Shown piece by piece: positions 24,781-37,177 of a stretch of 64,000 nucleotides of DNA (the stretch's first letter is position 1; every line of letters begins with the position of its first letter). A program made the translations under genes and the position numbers. The notes under the pieces are model-generated. The model worked only from the letters and a program-made list of their open reading frames with translations, made no database searches and had not been told where the DNA came from. The stretch is from Octopus bimaculoides (Eukaryota): NCBI RefSeq assembly GCF_001194135.2, contig NC_068981.1:127606093-127670092 (forward strand). Direction: 5' to 3'.

Positions 24781-25271
24781 NNNNNNNNNNNNNNNNNNNN
24801 NNNNNNNNNNNNNNNNNNNNNNNNNNNNNNNNNNNNNNNNNNNNNNNNNNNNNNNNNNNNNNNNNNNNNNNNNNNNNNNNNNNNNNNNNNNNNNNNNNNN
24901 NNNNNNNNNNNNNNNNNNNNNNNNNNNNNNNNNNNNNNNNNNNNNNNNNNNNNNNNNNNNNNNNNNNNNNNNNNNNNNNNNNNNNNNNNNNNNNNNNNNN
25001 NNNNNNNNNNNNNNNNNNNNNNNNNNNNNNNNNNNNNNNNNNNNNNNNNNGATGTGTCCTGCCCTAACTCTTCGAAACGCCAGTGTTAGGATGGTGGCAG
25101 CTGATGAAGGAAATGTTCTCTATGTGGCCTGTGTGTTTTCTGTACTCTGTTTATCATTTTGTCTACGTGTTGTTTGCAATGTCCTGTACCCAGATATGCA
25201 TCTATATATACAGGTAGATGTAAGTATGTACATACATGTACGTATATATGCATATACTCATGTATTATTTG

Positions 25272-25311
<40 letters not shown>

Positions 25312-25702
25312 GAATGTATATTTGTATAGATATATCTCTGTATAAATAATTTTAAAATCTGTGTGTCTGTGAATTTGTCACCATGTATAACATACTTAAT
25401 TGCTTCTGTTGTGCAGAAGGTCTCTATTCATATCACCTTATACCATTCTGTCCGCAGGCTAGTATTTAGATCTGTTTATAGTGTCTCGTCAGAATATTTT
25501 CTAATTGCTATGAGTAAGCTCTCACCTGAGTTGTTTAAAGTTGTCCTGTCTTGCCAGTTGGCACAATTCTCTTAATGATTAAGTTTTGGCTAACAAAACT
25601 TGAATCTCAGCTGTAATTAGTCACATTTTCAACATTGTCTTTATGAATTTCATGATATTTAATGTTATAATTATTCTTTTGTTCCAAAAGAGGGTTGGAA
25701 GA

Positions 25703-25734
<32 letters not shown>

Positions 25735-26144
25735 TGTGTGTAGAAATGTTAGTTGAGTTAGAGACGTAATACAATATATTAAGACATGCTAAAAACTTAG
25801 CAAATATAGATAAATACAAATGATATAACAAATGAATATATAATGTATATATTTATAGTCTCAGACAGATAACATATGGATTTTATCCAATTTAAACTTC
25901 TGCAGATTGATGTCAATATGGAAATATATTAATGGGGAGTGAATGGATAAATACAGCGTGTTGGTAGGATAGTTGGCTGTAGTCTAAATTTTTGTTCAAC
26001 CTTGACATTCACTGGCTCCATTTCTTCATCACTACACAATTTGCTATTTGCATGTTTTTGTAAAGCATTATTTAAATATAGGGTAAAATCTATAATTTGA
26101 GGAAGCACTCATTTAACCTAGTTACTGTGAAAATTTACAATGCC

Positions 26145-26175
<31 letters not shown>

Positions 26176-26178
<3 letters not shown>

Positions 26179-26597
26179 TAGACCAGATATAGTTGTCAAA
26201 GATCATGAAGAAAACAAATGCTTTCTAATTGATGTATCAATACCAGCAGATGACAACGTTTCCCTAAAAGAAATGGAAAAACTTTCAAAATACAAAGGCC
26301 TGGAAATAGAGGTAACTCGAATGTGGAATCTAAAAACAGAAACAATTCCTATCATAGTAGGTACCTTAGGTATAATAAAAACATATTCAGACAAATACAT
26401 AACAAAAACATCAGGACTTACAAATATATATAACATACAGAAAATTGCACTACTGGGCACTGCACACATCCTACACAAAACACTTTCAATACAGTAACCA
26501 TAAGAGCATCACAGCAAACCACAGCACATACCCAAGGCACACAGAGCTGTGCTCGGTAGTGAAGTGAAAGCACGTTATAAAAATAAAACTACTGAAC
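26176..26597 (+). mobile_element. 3' fragment of a Dong/R4-like retrotransposon inside a (TAA)n tract
   Basis: Open frame NRPDIVVKDHEENKCFLIDVSIPADDNVSLKEMEKLSKY...IQKIALLGTAHILHKTLSIQ* (PD-(D/E)xK region, stop 26495-26497); (TAA)n at 26146-26175 and (AAT)n at 26598-26613. Confidence 0.92.
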
Positions 26598-26639
26598 AAT
26601 AATAATAATAATACCTGGGCTTCTGCAAGCAAAGGAGAC

Positions 26640-27400
26640 CAAGTCATTTTAAATCTTAAAGTTCCTCTGGAATATGGTCAGCTTTTCTTCAGTACACAGG
26701 TTACAATTGCCATTTTGCGAAAATGCCTTGGCATAGACTGCAATTCTCCATTTGATATTATAATTGTTCTGTTGGTCTTTTAGTGACTATATGTGATATT
26801 TACTCTTCTGTTGAAGTTTATGAATGAGTGGATATGTTAGTGGAATATGGTTTAAAAAATATTCATGGTTATACTGATGTAGGGATTTGGGTGTGTTTTT
26901 ATTGATAGTAAAGACATCTGCATGGTATGTTATTGACCTTTTTGAGACATTGACCATTAAATAGACAATTCCTGGAGTTGATGCAATGTCATATAAAGAA
27001 GTGTTCGGTTGTTTGCTATAGTAAGGCAAAGTTAGGTGTGCTTGAGTAACTTAGTTGTTTCTCTTAAATATTTTATATCAGTAGTTATTGAGAAAAAGTT
27101 TTTGTATCAAAGTAAAAAATTACCGGTGATGTTGTGATCAGAGTTGGATTGTTGAATCATAGTAGTTTTGGTTTATATTGTTCATGCAGAAGTTGGGGGT
27201 ACTTATGGTGTTTGTTGTGTATTGGAATTTTTTCCCTGAAGGCATTTAACATAATTGTAATAATGAGACACTGGTGAAAGAATCCTCATCTGAAGAGAAG
27301 CTTGACGAGCATGTTTGATATTCTTAATGAATATCAAGCATATGGCAATTAATGACAAAGATTGGGTAGAAAGAGTATTTGTTAATATATACAAGTCTTT
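26640..27400 (-). mobile_element. Highly decayed Penelope-like element (Neptune-like RT thumb/linker plus GIY-YIG)
   Basis: Frameshifted peptides GNFFTLIQKLF...YKIFKRN, CINSRNCLFNGQCLKK and SLKDQQNNYNIKWRIAVYAKAFSQNGNCNLCTEEKLTI resemble the Neptune C-terminus (IKW.I...CNLCLEEK). Confidence 0.7.
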
Positions 27401-27704
27401 CATTGCTTTTTTTTTTTAGAAAGGTTGGTAGCTGTCAGTGTCTAGGTTTTATATGATATCAAAGAAATTAATTGTGACATCATTTTATAAACAAACCTTG
27501 GAAGTGTCAAATGTGTTTGATATTTTACAGAGAAAAAAAAAGTAAATTTCAAATGCAGCAAAGCTGTGAAAATAACAGAAAGATTGGGTATTTACTCTTA
27601 TAAGATGGAATGCTTGTTGGCAACTTTTTTCCAACTTGTCTGTAAAATACCAAATTGTGTTTAGGTTTGTGTCTACTGCTATTTGTAGATTTAAATCTTA
27701 AAAG

Positions 27705-27800
27705 CTAAACCTAAAAGTAACAATGGACACGAGCCTAAATATACTTAATTTCTTTGATCGCACTCTAAACCTAATACCATTCTATAACTGGTTAATACCA
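27705..27800 (+). mobile_element. Penelope-like RT fragment (C-terminal RT motifs) in opposite orientation
   Basis: NLKVTMDTSLNILNFFDRTLNL resembles GLKITIE.N...VNFLDVTLNL. Confidence 0.5.
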
Positions 27801-27994
27801 TATAAAGTTAGGATTTAAATTCAAACACTTTAAAGGAATCAATTTACAACAGGATGCATCATCACCTTCACATCTATTGGCTTATATACTATGATAACTT
27901 TTTGAAATAAATACCTGCTCTACTTGATGTTAAATTTGTACTAATTAAGCTCATAATACCATCTGACATACACAAACATGTGTATGTGTGTGTG

Positions 27995-28036
<42 letters not shown>

Positions 28037-28482
28037 AATGGTGTTTTAATCAAATGAAATTTATTTTCTAAAATTTATATCAAATAGTTTTGACAACAGA
28101 TTTTTAGATTATTGTACTATGAGTGTGCTTTATCTGTGTTGCATTTGACACAAGAAACCTACAGATAAAGTCATAGAGAGAGAAAGAGAGAGAGAATTGG
28201 AAGCTAATGAATGAGAGGAGGAAAGAAAAGAATGACAGAAACTTTTAAGAGAGAAAAAGTGGAGGAACAACCAGCTTTTTGTTATTGGGTGTTGAATAAA
28301 ACACTATTGGACTTAACTGGCATTAAAAAGAATATGAGGCATGAGCAGTAACAGAAGATAACATGCAGTAATTTGTGACTTCTGGTTCTTTTATTGCTGC
28401 AGAAAAATGCGTATTGCAGTAGTTTTTGAAATGAATGTCATAACACAGAAATAAGAGTATGGGGATGAGGGTCTGATTTTAA

Positions 28483-28702
28483 CCCTTTTGTTATCATATT
28501 TCTGTTGAAATATACTGCCTTTGTTTCAATTAATTTTGGAAATAATTAAGGATTTAATAAAGTAACTGTCATTATTAAGCAGGTGTTTGGAACATAAATT
28601 AACACAAAATTCTCATGGAAGATTTTAATTTAGATCTCTTTAAAACTGGGGATTTGTATCATAAAATCAATGGCAGTTTCAGGTGGGTTGGTATCAAAAG
28701 GG
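28483..28702. mobile_element. piggyBac-type MITE (family P2), 220 bp, TTAA TSD
   Basis: TTAA at 28479-28482 and 28703-28706; TIRs cccttttgttatca / tggtatcaaaaggg. Confidence 0.88.
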
Positions 28703-29339
28703 TTAAAAAAAACTTTAAAAATGATAAATCTTTTGTGTACCATCAATTCGTCCATCAAACAAAAAACAACAAAAACTAACAAAATACATGCCACAGGTTT
28801 TGTCTCAGTTCCATTCTTTAGCCTCAAGCCAGTAGAAACGAAGCTGACCTAAAAACAAAAATGTTCCACCTATGAGAAGAATTGGTTGTTAATTCTAAAA
28901 GATTACACAACCACATTGAGACTCTCTTGTTAGATTGTTTTTCTTCAATTTAACTGGCTGGTTGATTGTCTATTGTGTCTACTCTTATCTCAGAAATAAT
29001 TGAAACTAAAAGTCTATTTTATCAATGATTACACAGCAAAATGCAGTTTATTTTGTTTTTCAAAATTTTATCTCTTTTTGCAAGGTGTTAGGTATCAAAT
29101 ACATAGTATAGTATTTTCACACACATATATATCCAATGAAGATGGAAATATGTTGTAATGTTGCTTATAGAATTTAAGTGATTCATCTGCTGTAAATCAT
29201 ATAGGTATGTTAACCATTACAACAATCTTACATAATAACCATTGACCACTCAAATTAGTAAGCTATGTAAGTTATGATGACATACTAAAGACCTATCAAA
29301 GGAGATTATAGTCCACACAGTATCAAGGTATAGCATCAC

Positions 29340-29612
29340 ATACAAACATACATACATACATACATGCATGCATGCATATATACGTACATGCATGCATGCA
29401 TATATACGTACATGCATGCATGCATATATACGTACATGCATGCATACATATATACGTGCATGCATGCATGCATGCATATATACGTACATGCATGCATGCA
29501 TGCATGCATATATACGTACATACATGCATGCATGCATATATACATACATGCATGCATATATACATACATACATATATATATGCATCATACTTACATATGT
29601 ACACATGCATGT
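29340..29612. repeat. Alternating purine-pyrimidine compound repeat with a 24-bp higher-order unit TACATGCATGCATGCATATATACG
   Basis: Directly visible tandem units from 29361. Confidence 0.93.
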
Positions 29613-29824
29613 ATGTGATAAAAAAATGTTATTGCATCATGTGCAGAATTTGAATGCCAAAGTCATGTAGCAAAGTGTTTTTTTTTTTTGGTTGGTTTGT
29701 TTCCCTGTTTACCCATATGGAATGGCCCTACTGATAGTGGTTAACTCTCATGATTAATTACATCACTAGTTAGTTTTTTACAATATACTTTAGGTGACAA
29801 AAAGTTTACTGGAGAAACAGAGGA

Positions 29825-29830
29825 TAGTCG

Positions 29831-29870
<40 letters not shown>

Positions 29871-30040
29871 TATTTGACATCCATTTTCCATGCTGGCATG
29901 GGTTGGATGGTTTGACAAGAGCCCTTGAAGATCACACTAAGCTCCAGTGTCTGCTTTGGCATGTATTCTATGGGTAGTTGCCCTTCCTAATGCCAACCAC
30001 TTCACAGTGTAGACCAGATATTTTTTACATAACACTGGCA
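29825..30040 (-). mobile_element. RTE-tail repeat with (ATC)n tail
   Basis: (cat)n 29831-29870, then tttccatgctggcatgggttggatgg...gcccttcctaatgccaaccac. Confidence 0.75.
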
Positions 30041-30229
30041 GTGAAGAATGTAAACAGGAAGTACATTGAATTATTCAAATTATTTGATTTTTATTGGCTG
30101 AAACCAAGAAAATATTTCTTGCTTAAATTTACGTTGGCCACATTATGCCGATATGTGAGTTCTTAAACTACCATCATATTTTCCTGATAATAAATTCAAT
30201 AATATAATGAATCCTATCAGAAACAAAAA

Positions 30230-30610
30230 TTGAGAAATGAATTTGAATTAGATCATGAATTTGAAAAGAGGTTCTCATTTTGTCATGCAACAAGACTTGG
30301 ATAATTGTGTGCATGATTTAAGCTTTACTAAGGAAAACAGTGAACTCTTGACATCATCATATCTAGAGCTACAGAACTTCCTAGCTACAGGGACTAAGGT
30401 GATTCTCTACTACTAAAGATTGCAATGATTGCTTTGATTCTGTACTAATATCTATGGGTTGTTTCATTGTTTGGAAGATATTTGCTAATATCCTGGGTAT
30501 TTAATGGAGATGCTTCAAAAGCTATAGTGCTTCACATTGAATATATTCTACCATCAATATCAATATCAGAAGAAAATTACAAAATTCTCTTACATTACAT
30601 TGAATTCATT
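30230..30610 (+). pseudogene. Decayed DNA-transposase fragment, Chapaev(-3)-like (CMC superfamily)
   Basis: QQDLDNCVHDLSFTKENSELLTS...NFLATGTKVILY and SWVFNGDASKAIVLHIEYILPSI...ENYKILLHYI are collinear with the remembered blocks ELNDLVRDL.LSKE.AELL.SRL...NLL..GTKI..Y and WRLFIDSSK.SLKAVLLHNGN..PSI...E.Y.NL..LL..I. Confidence 0.6.
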
Positions 30611-30622
30611 ATGTCACTACTG

Positions 30623-30665
<43 letters not shown>

Positions 30666-32954
30666 TCAACATGCTTTGACTGTTTAATTCAGACACATTT
30701 TTTTCTCTCCTTTTTCTTTCTTCTCATCTATCCTTTCTGTAGAAGAGCATGGGTTCAAGACACTAGACTTCTCCCATTAATCCTGAGCATTAAACTGATG
30801 CTCCTGTTTGTATTTAAAAAAGATATTTTTGGACCATATCTATATATACACCTGCTAAGATTTAAAGTTACGGCCATATTAACAGGGTTACAGCTAATGT
30901 TCCTCCTAATTTTTGTTGTGGGTATGCACAGCAATCTACTTGTGAGCAAATTTTGATTTTCTTTGCAAAGTATCTGTGTATTCAAGCAAGTAACCATTGC
31001 TCAAGTGTTTTCATTTATAAAAATTCAATTTTACCTTGTAAACCTTGTGTGCACACATTACTGTCTTTTACTAGTTGTAAAATGTGTGCATGTGCACAAA
31101 TGTACAGCTTAGAGAGGATGCTATTTAGAGCTGATATCCTTGAAGTATTGCTGTTTCTTGTATCTGTAGGATTGACTAGTTTATAATGAATACTATGTAT
31201 GCAAGGACTGGCCTCAAAGCTATGTCATGGATTCTAGTTTATGAAATATCTTTTACTCATAACCAAAGTAAAAGTAATCCTTTCTTCATTTTCAAGCAGT
31301 TTCAGATTGTAGTTAAGGATTTATTAGCATTTACTTTTCTCAAAACAAACTTCCCCACCATTTCTGATGCCAAAATCAAAGAAAATGTCTTCATTGGTCT
31401 TAATTCTTGATAACCTGTTTTCCTGATAACCTTCAGTTGCTCCAAACTTCATCAGTTACACCAAGGTTTTCTTGGAATAAAATTATATATAATTTATTTA
31501 AAAATCACCAATCCTTGGAATGCAAAATGTCACTAAAAGTTCATTTAAGGCTCTTTCATTTACTATTTTCTCATGAAAAGTTTGGCAACAAGCAAAGTGA
31601 AAAATTTTATCTAGATATTTCTGCAATTGAATAAAAAAAAAAGTAAAATAAAATAAAAAGGGAAAAAAATGAAGATGGCTGACTGCTGCTGGAATATGTG
31701 ATGATGCCAAACATTAGATTTTTTTTCTTGCTCTTAATCTTTAATAGAGTAAAATATCATGAGCTATATTATTGGAATTATCACCTACCAGAATCACATG
31801 CAAACTGAAATATTAAATTTTCATTACACTTATATAAATTCCCTCAAATGCACATAAAGTTTATTAAAAGTAGTTGAAAGATTTTGTCACCTCTTGTGCC
31901 AGAACCTTTTCTTATGGCTAACCATTGTTTTCTTCCTCTGGTCACTTTCCATTAACATTCATCATGCTCTCATATTCATTGCTATCCCATCATGTCACTT
32001 GTGTTGCTTCTCTATTCTATATATTTACAAACATTTAACATGGAGCTATCAATATTTTTTTTCCATTATCCCCTCCCCTACCACCCTTTGTTCCTGTCAT
32101 GGTTTCCTCCATCACACTCATACTCACTCCTTTCATCCACATGGTCATCACTCTTCTATTCAGCCTCTCAATTATATTTGCTGTGGAGCTCAACATAGGA
32201 AGAAATTTTTCATCTTGCAAAGGACTAGGCTACTTCTCAAATGCTGGTGCCATGATAAACTACACCAACTACACTCTATAAAATGGCTAGTGGACAAACA
32301 GAGGCAACATAGAGTAGAGAACTTTTTAGTCTTGCTGAAGATGTGACAGCTTCTCTAGTGCTGGTGCTATGATAAAACACATCTAGTACTCTTTGTAAAG
32401 TGGTTGCCATTAGGAAGGGTTTCTAAATGTAGATACTATACCAAAATGGAAAGTGTAAGTAAGATGTGGTCTTCTGAATCATCTGGGAGGGTAGTAACTC
32501 CAAATAAGAAAACCGACATAAAATGATGAGTTCGGATTATAGGAGAAAAACTAAGGGATATAAATGCTTTAAATGTTTTCAAGAAAAAAAAAAAAAGTAT
32601 TCTGAATTGTTGGAACATCATATATTTTCATTATTATATTAATCAAATCAAAATATTAAAATTGAATTTTCAGTCAATTCCATGTGAATAATTGATTTGA
32701 ATACATTTGAACTGATTAATGCTGGTTGTTGAAAATTTTGTTGGATAGTGAACTATTTCTTGAATCTTGTTTCTCATCAGTCAATCAGTTATTTTGAATT
32801 GAATCCCTTGAATGCATGGTTTAAATTTTATCTCCAACTCTTGGATTGATTGTTAGAAGACTGAAATTGCCTTGTCTTGAGTTCATTTTCTATTTTAGAA
32901 AATTCAGGTAAGAGCTAGTATAAGTTGTTTTGTGTATGGGTTTTAGTTTCAACT

Positions 32955-33233
32955 TTTTACCTGTTTTCAGTCTTTGGCTTGCAGCCATACTGGGACACAG
33001 CCTTGAAGAATTTAGTTGAACAAATGTACCTCAGTACTTATTTTTAAGCCTGGTACTTATTTTTTCAATATCTTCTTGCCAAACTGCTAAGTTATGGGGA
33101 CATAAATAAGCCAGCACCAGTTGTCAAATGGTGGAGGGGGACAAACACAAACACTGACTCACACATAGATATATATACATATACACACATATAAACATAT
33201 GTATTTGTGTATATATGTGTGTGTATGTATATA

Positions 33234-33268
<35 letters not shown>

Positions 33269-34010
33269 NNNNNNNNNNNNNNNNNNNNNNNNNNNNNNNN
33301 NNNNNNNNNNNNNNNNNNNNNNNNNNNNNNNNNNNNNNNNNNNNNNNNNNNNNNNNNNNNNNNNNNNNNNNNNNNNNNNNNNNNNNNNNNNNNNNNNNNN
33401 NNNNNNNNNNNNNNNNNNNNNNNNNNNNNNNNNNNNNNNNNNNNNNNNNNNNNNNNNNNNNNNNNNNNNNNNNNNNNNNNNNNNNNNNNNNNNNNNNNNN
33501 NNNNNNNNNNNNNNNNNNNNNNNNNNNNNNNNNNNNNNNNNNNNNNNNNNNNNNNNNNNNNNNNNNNNNNNNNNNNNNNNNNNNNNNNNNNNNNNNNNNN
33601 NNNNNNNNNNNNNNNNNNNNNNNNNNNNNNNNNNNNNNNNNNNNNNNNNNNNNNNNNNNNNNNNNNNNNNNNNNNNNNNNNNNNNNNNNNNNNNNNNNNN
33701 NNNNNNNNNNNNNNNNNNNNNNNNNNNNNNNNNNNNNNNNNNNNNNNNNNNNNNNNNNNNNNNNNNNNNNNNNNNNNNNNNNNNNNNNNNNNNNNNNNNN
33801 NNNNNNNNNNNNNNNNNNNNNNNNNNNNNNNNNNNNNNNNNNNNNNNNNNNNNNNNNNNNNNNNNNATATATATATATATATATATATATATAGTGTGTG
33901 TGTATGTATGACAGACTTCTTTCATTTTCACTCAATGCATTGGTTGACTTGCTATAGTGGAAGACACTTATCCAAGGTGGCATGCAGTGAGACTAAACAT
34001 AGTTCATAGA
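32955..34010 (-). mobile_element. Family D SINE spanning an assembly gap
   Basis: Tail at 32955-33150 and head at 33900-34010, on either side of (TA)n plus the N gap. Confidence 0.7.
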
Positions 34011-35238
34011 AGAAAGATGTGGACAACGTATGCAACAAAGATCAGATGGTGAGGCAGAATTACCTTTATTTATAGGCTGAGTTGGGACCAAATAAAAGCA
34101 TTACTCCTGTATTTCTCTCTAAGAAGTTCTGAAAATCTATGGGAACCACTGTTTTTCTAAGAGTAAATAAATAAAAACAAGCTGGTTTTTGACTGGGGGA
34201 GACATGTATGTTAAGTATTTGTGTGAGAATTTATTGTATGCAAATTATTTTTTTAAGGACTGAGATAAGACAGAGAGTAGAGTACTGTGCCTGAAAGGAC
34301 CCTGGTTTGACTTCTTAGAATAACTTGTGCGAAAAAATAAATAAATAAAAAGCATGTATTAGCACTCATGACATACAAATCAGGAATCTAACATCATACC
34401 TACCCTACAATTGTGTCTCTTCATGCAGACATATTTCACTATATCACCTCTACCCTCCTTTAGAGGTGTTGCTTTGACCTTTGGCAGCAGAGGGTCAATG
34501 TTAGCAATTTTAGTATGTATAAGTAGTGAAACAGTGTTGTAATGTTATCGAATAATAAGTACCCTTGTTGTATTCATATGGCACCCTATTAGCTCCTTGG
34601 CATTTCAGAATGCTTTCATTAAACTTTAAATACTCTCTCCAAGCAATTGTTTATGCTTTTCCTTGTTGGTAAAAATCTTCCACCAAGTTCTTTTCTAACT
34701 ACTTTTTTCTTTCACACTTCATTTCTCTTCTTCAGTTCATTATTTCATTCTCCTTAATGTTGTCTTTTAATTCTATGCTCTTACTGTAAAGTCATTTACT
34801 ATCAAGCTTTCTTCTCTTGTTCTTTCCTTTTTTTTTCTTTCTGTTTTCCACCTACCGTTTCTTAATTTTTTTTCTCTCTGTCATATTCTCTTACATTCTT
34901 TTTATTCTTGTCTCTTTATCTCTTCCACCTGAAACCCTCCTCCCATGCTGAGTTAAGTTTTACTGTCACTTTCTCTCTGGTCTTTCTATCATCAGCCAAC
35001 ATCACCCATGACCTTCTGCCACCAGACAACCACCTCAACTTACTCTGCCAAATGACTTCTACCTACCGTTACTAATTGCTTTTCACTGCAACTAATTGCA
35101 CCTCCCCCCTCTACAGACACGTACACATTCATAGTAAAGCTGTTGTCACTGGCTTCGTTTCAGATCTCTTAAGTTTCTCTCTGTAAACCTCAAGTAATTT
35201 CCAAAGTCCGGATAGTCATTTGGTGTACTAAAACATAC

Positions 35239-35334
35239 CTGCGCATCATTGAACACATTTGGGGTGGAATATACTGTGGTGAATATTGAAAGGAAAGAAA
35301 TATTTACAGTCGAAGGATAGTTTTTCAAACTGAA
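35239..35334 (-). other. Candidate minus-strand exon in unique, CpG-retaining sequence
   Basis: Acceptors ttcttcAG (35335-35336) or ttcAG (35330-35331) and donor CAG|GTATGT (GT at 35238-35237); the 96-nt version is open (FSLKNYPSTVNISFLSIFTTVYSTPNVFNDAQ); no homology recognised. Confidence 0.25.
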
Positions 35335-36699
35335 CTGAAGAAATTCTTGCCGAAAATTTATTTAAAAGCCATACTAAATTGAATTCAATAGCGCCAACTC
35401 ACTGTATACATCTACCTACTGCGTGTAAATTGTGTGCATTTACACACACACACACACACACACACAAACATACACATTCTCACACACCTTGAAAGATGCA
35501 TTTATAGGTAAACATGACCATTCACACACATGATGCTTTTCAGCATGAATAGAATTGCAACAATTTTTAAGGATCTAAGGAAGTAAAGAAAGAAATTTAA
35601 AGCTTTCTAATGATTTATATTCTTTCATTGAGAGTATTTAATCTCACACTAAATATATTTTCCTTTCTATTTCTCTGGTTCATTTGTTTGTTCTGTTGTT
35701 GATGATGTTGCAGTTAATTGAAAAGTAGTGGGTCAAATAAGAGTTTTGTACAGAAGGAGAACCCATTAGGTCTGAATTTTCCAGCTTATCTTTCATCTTC
35801 TAACAACACACAGTTGTTCCCCTGTAGTCAGTTTGTAGAATGGACATTACGAAAACAAATCTAGATTATTATGTATGAAGCAAGTTCAAGTGTCCGGCGA
35901 AAGAGGAAGTCTCAGTGTGGTGTTATTACTGCTACTACCACTGCCACCACCACTAGTGCCATTGACTCTACTAACACAATTAGTGTTAGCCAAGTGAGAT
36001 ACTACCTGCTTTTCACCTTGCTTTGTGTACTGAATGTCATCCGAGAACCTAATTTCCTTTCCAACATTCGTTTCGGTCAAATGATCAATATCAAATCAAT
36101 GGCTGCCAACTTGGTTTTGAAACTTTTCGGCATTTGTTTGTAAGTTATCAGTACCATAATTTTCGTCATTGTCATCATCACCATTGCAGCTGCCATATCT
36201 TTGTTTTTATTTATTTTATTACTCCATTTTATGACTGGTATTAAAATTGTTTTGTTTATTTCTTCAGTTTGTTGCTTTGTCACCACTACTCTGGAAATAC
36301 CCTCCTACAAGCGCACTGGGATTTTTCTCACTCACTGTGCATCACACCTTCATTTACATATCACACTTGCTACCACTTTATTCTTCATTCTCACTTCTCC
36401 ATTCTAACATCTCAAAGTACCCACCACTACACAACCTTAATACCACCAAACTATTCTTACAGCATCAAGCCTCATTACATAATTTCCTTGTCTCAAATTT
36501 TTGTCTTTTTTTTCTTTTATGTGTTTTATTTATTTTTTGTTTCAATGTTCATGTTATTATTCATGAAATGATGGTATATTCCTAAGATAATTTTAAGCTG
36601 AAACTTTTCTCTTTTTTATAACTCTGTTTATCTCGTTGTGCTAGTTTAGGATTGAATAGATCTTTAGATTTGAATATATTCTATATTCTTTTATTTGTT

Positions 36700-36885
36700 T
36701 CAGTCATTAGGCTGTGGCTATACTGGGGCACCACCTTGGAGAATTTTTAGTCGAATGAATTGACCCCAGTACTTTTTTTTTTTGAAGCCTGATACTTATT
36801 TTATTGGTCTCCTTTACCAAACTGCTAAGTTACAGTGACATGGATACACCAGCATCAGTTGTCAAGTGGTGGTGGGGGAAAACAT

Positions 36886-36924
<39 letters not shown>

Positions 36925-37177
36925 GGTCTTCCTTCAGTTTCTGTCTAATGAATCCACTCACAAGGCTTTGGTTGGCTCAAGGCTATAGTAGAAGATACTT
37001 GTCTAATGTACTATGCAGTGGGACTGAACTGAGAACCATATGATTGGGAAGCAAACTTCTTACCATACAACCATGCTTGCACCTATTCTTACCACACAGC
37101 TGCACCTGTGCCTATAGACTATAACCATGCTTGTGCCTATAGCCATGCCTGCATCTATAGCCATGTCTGTGCCTATT
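36700..37177 (-). mobile_element. Family D SINE with tandemly reiterated 5' head
   Basis: Complete tail, (CA)n and head; ~18-bp head units repeated at 37060-37177. Confidence 0.85.

Noticed and set aside
29250-29670. Six overlapping ORFs (MHAC/YIHT repeats); similar cases at 12647-12934, 13604-13892 and 61563-61867
   Set aside because: Stop-free translations of microsatellites
34680-34990. Long polypyrimidine-rich stretch
   Set aside because: Low-complexity sequence with no periodicity or following exon that I could support
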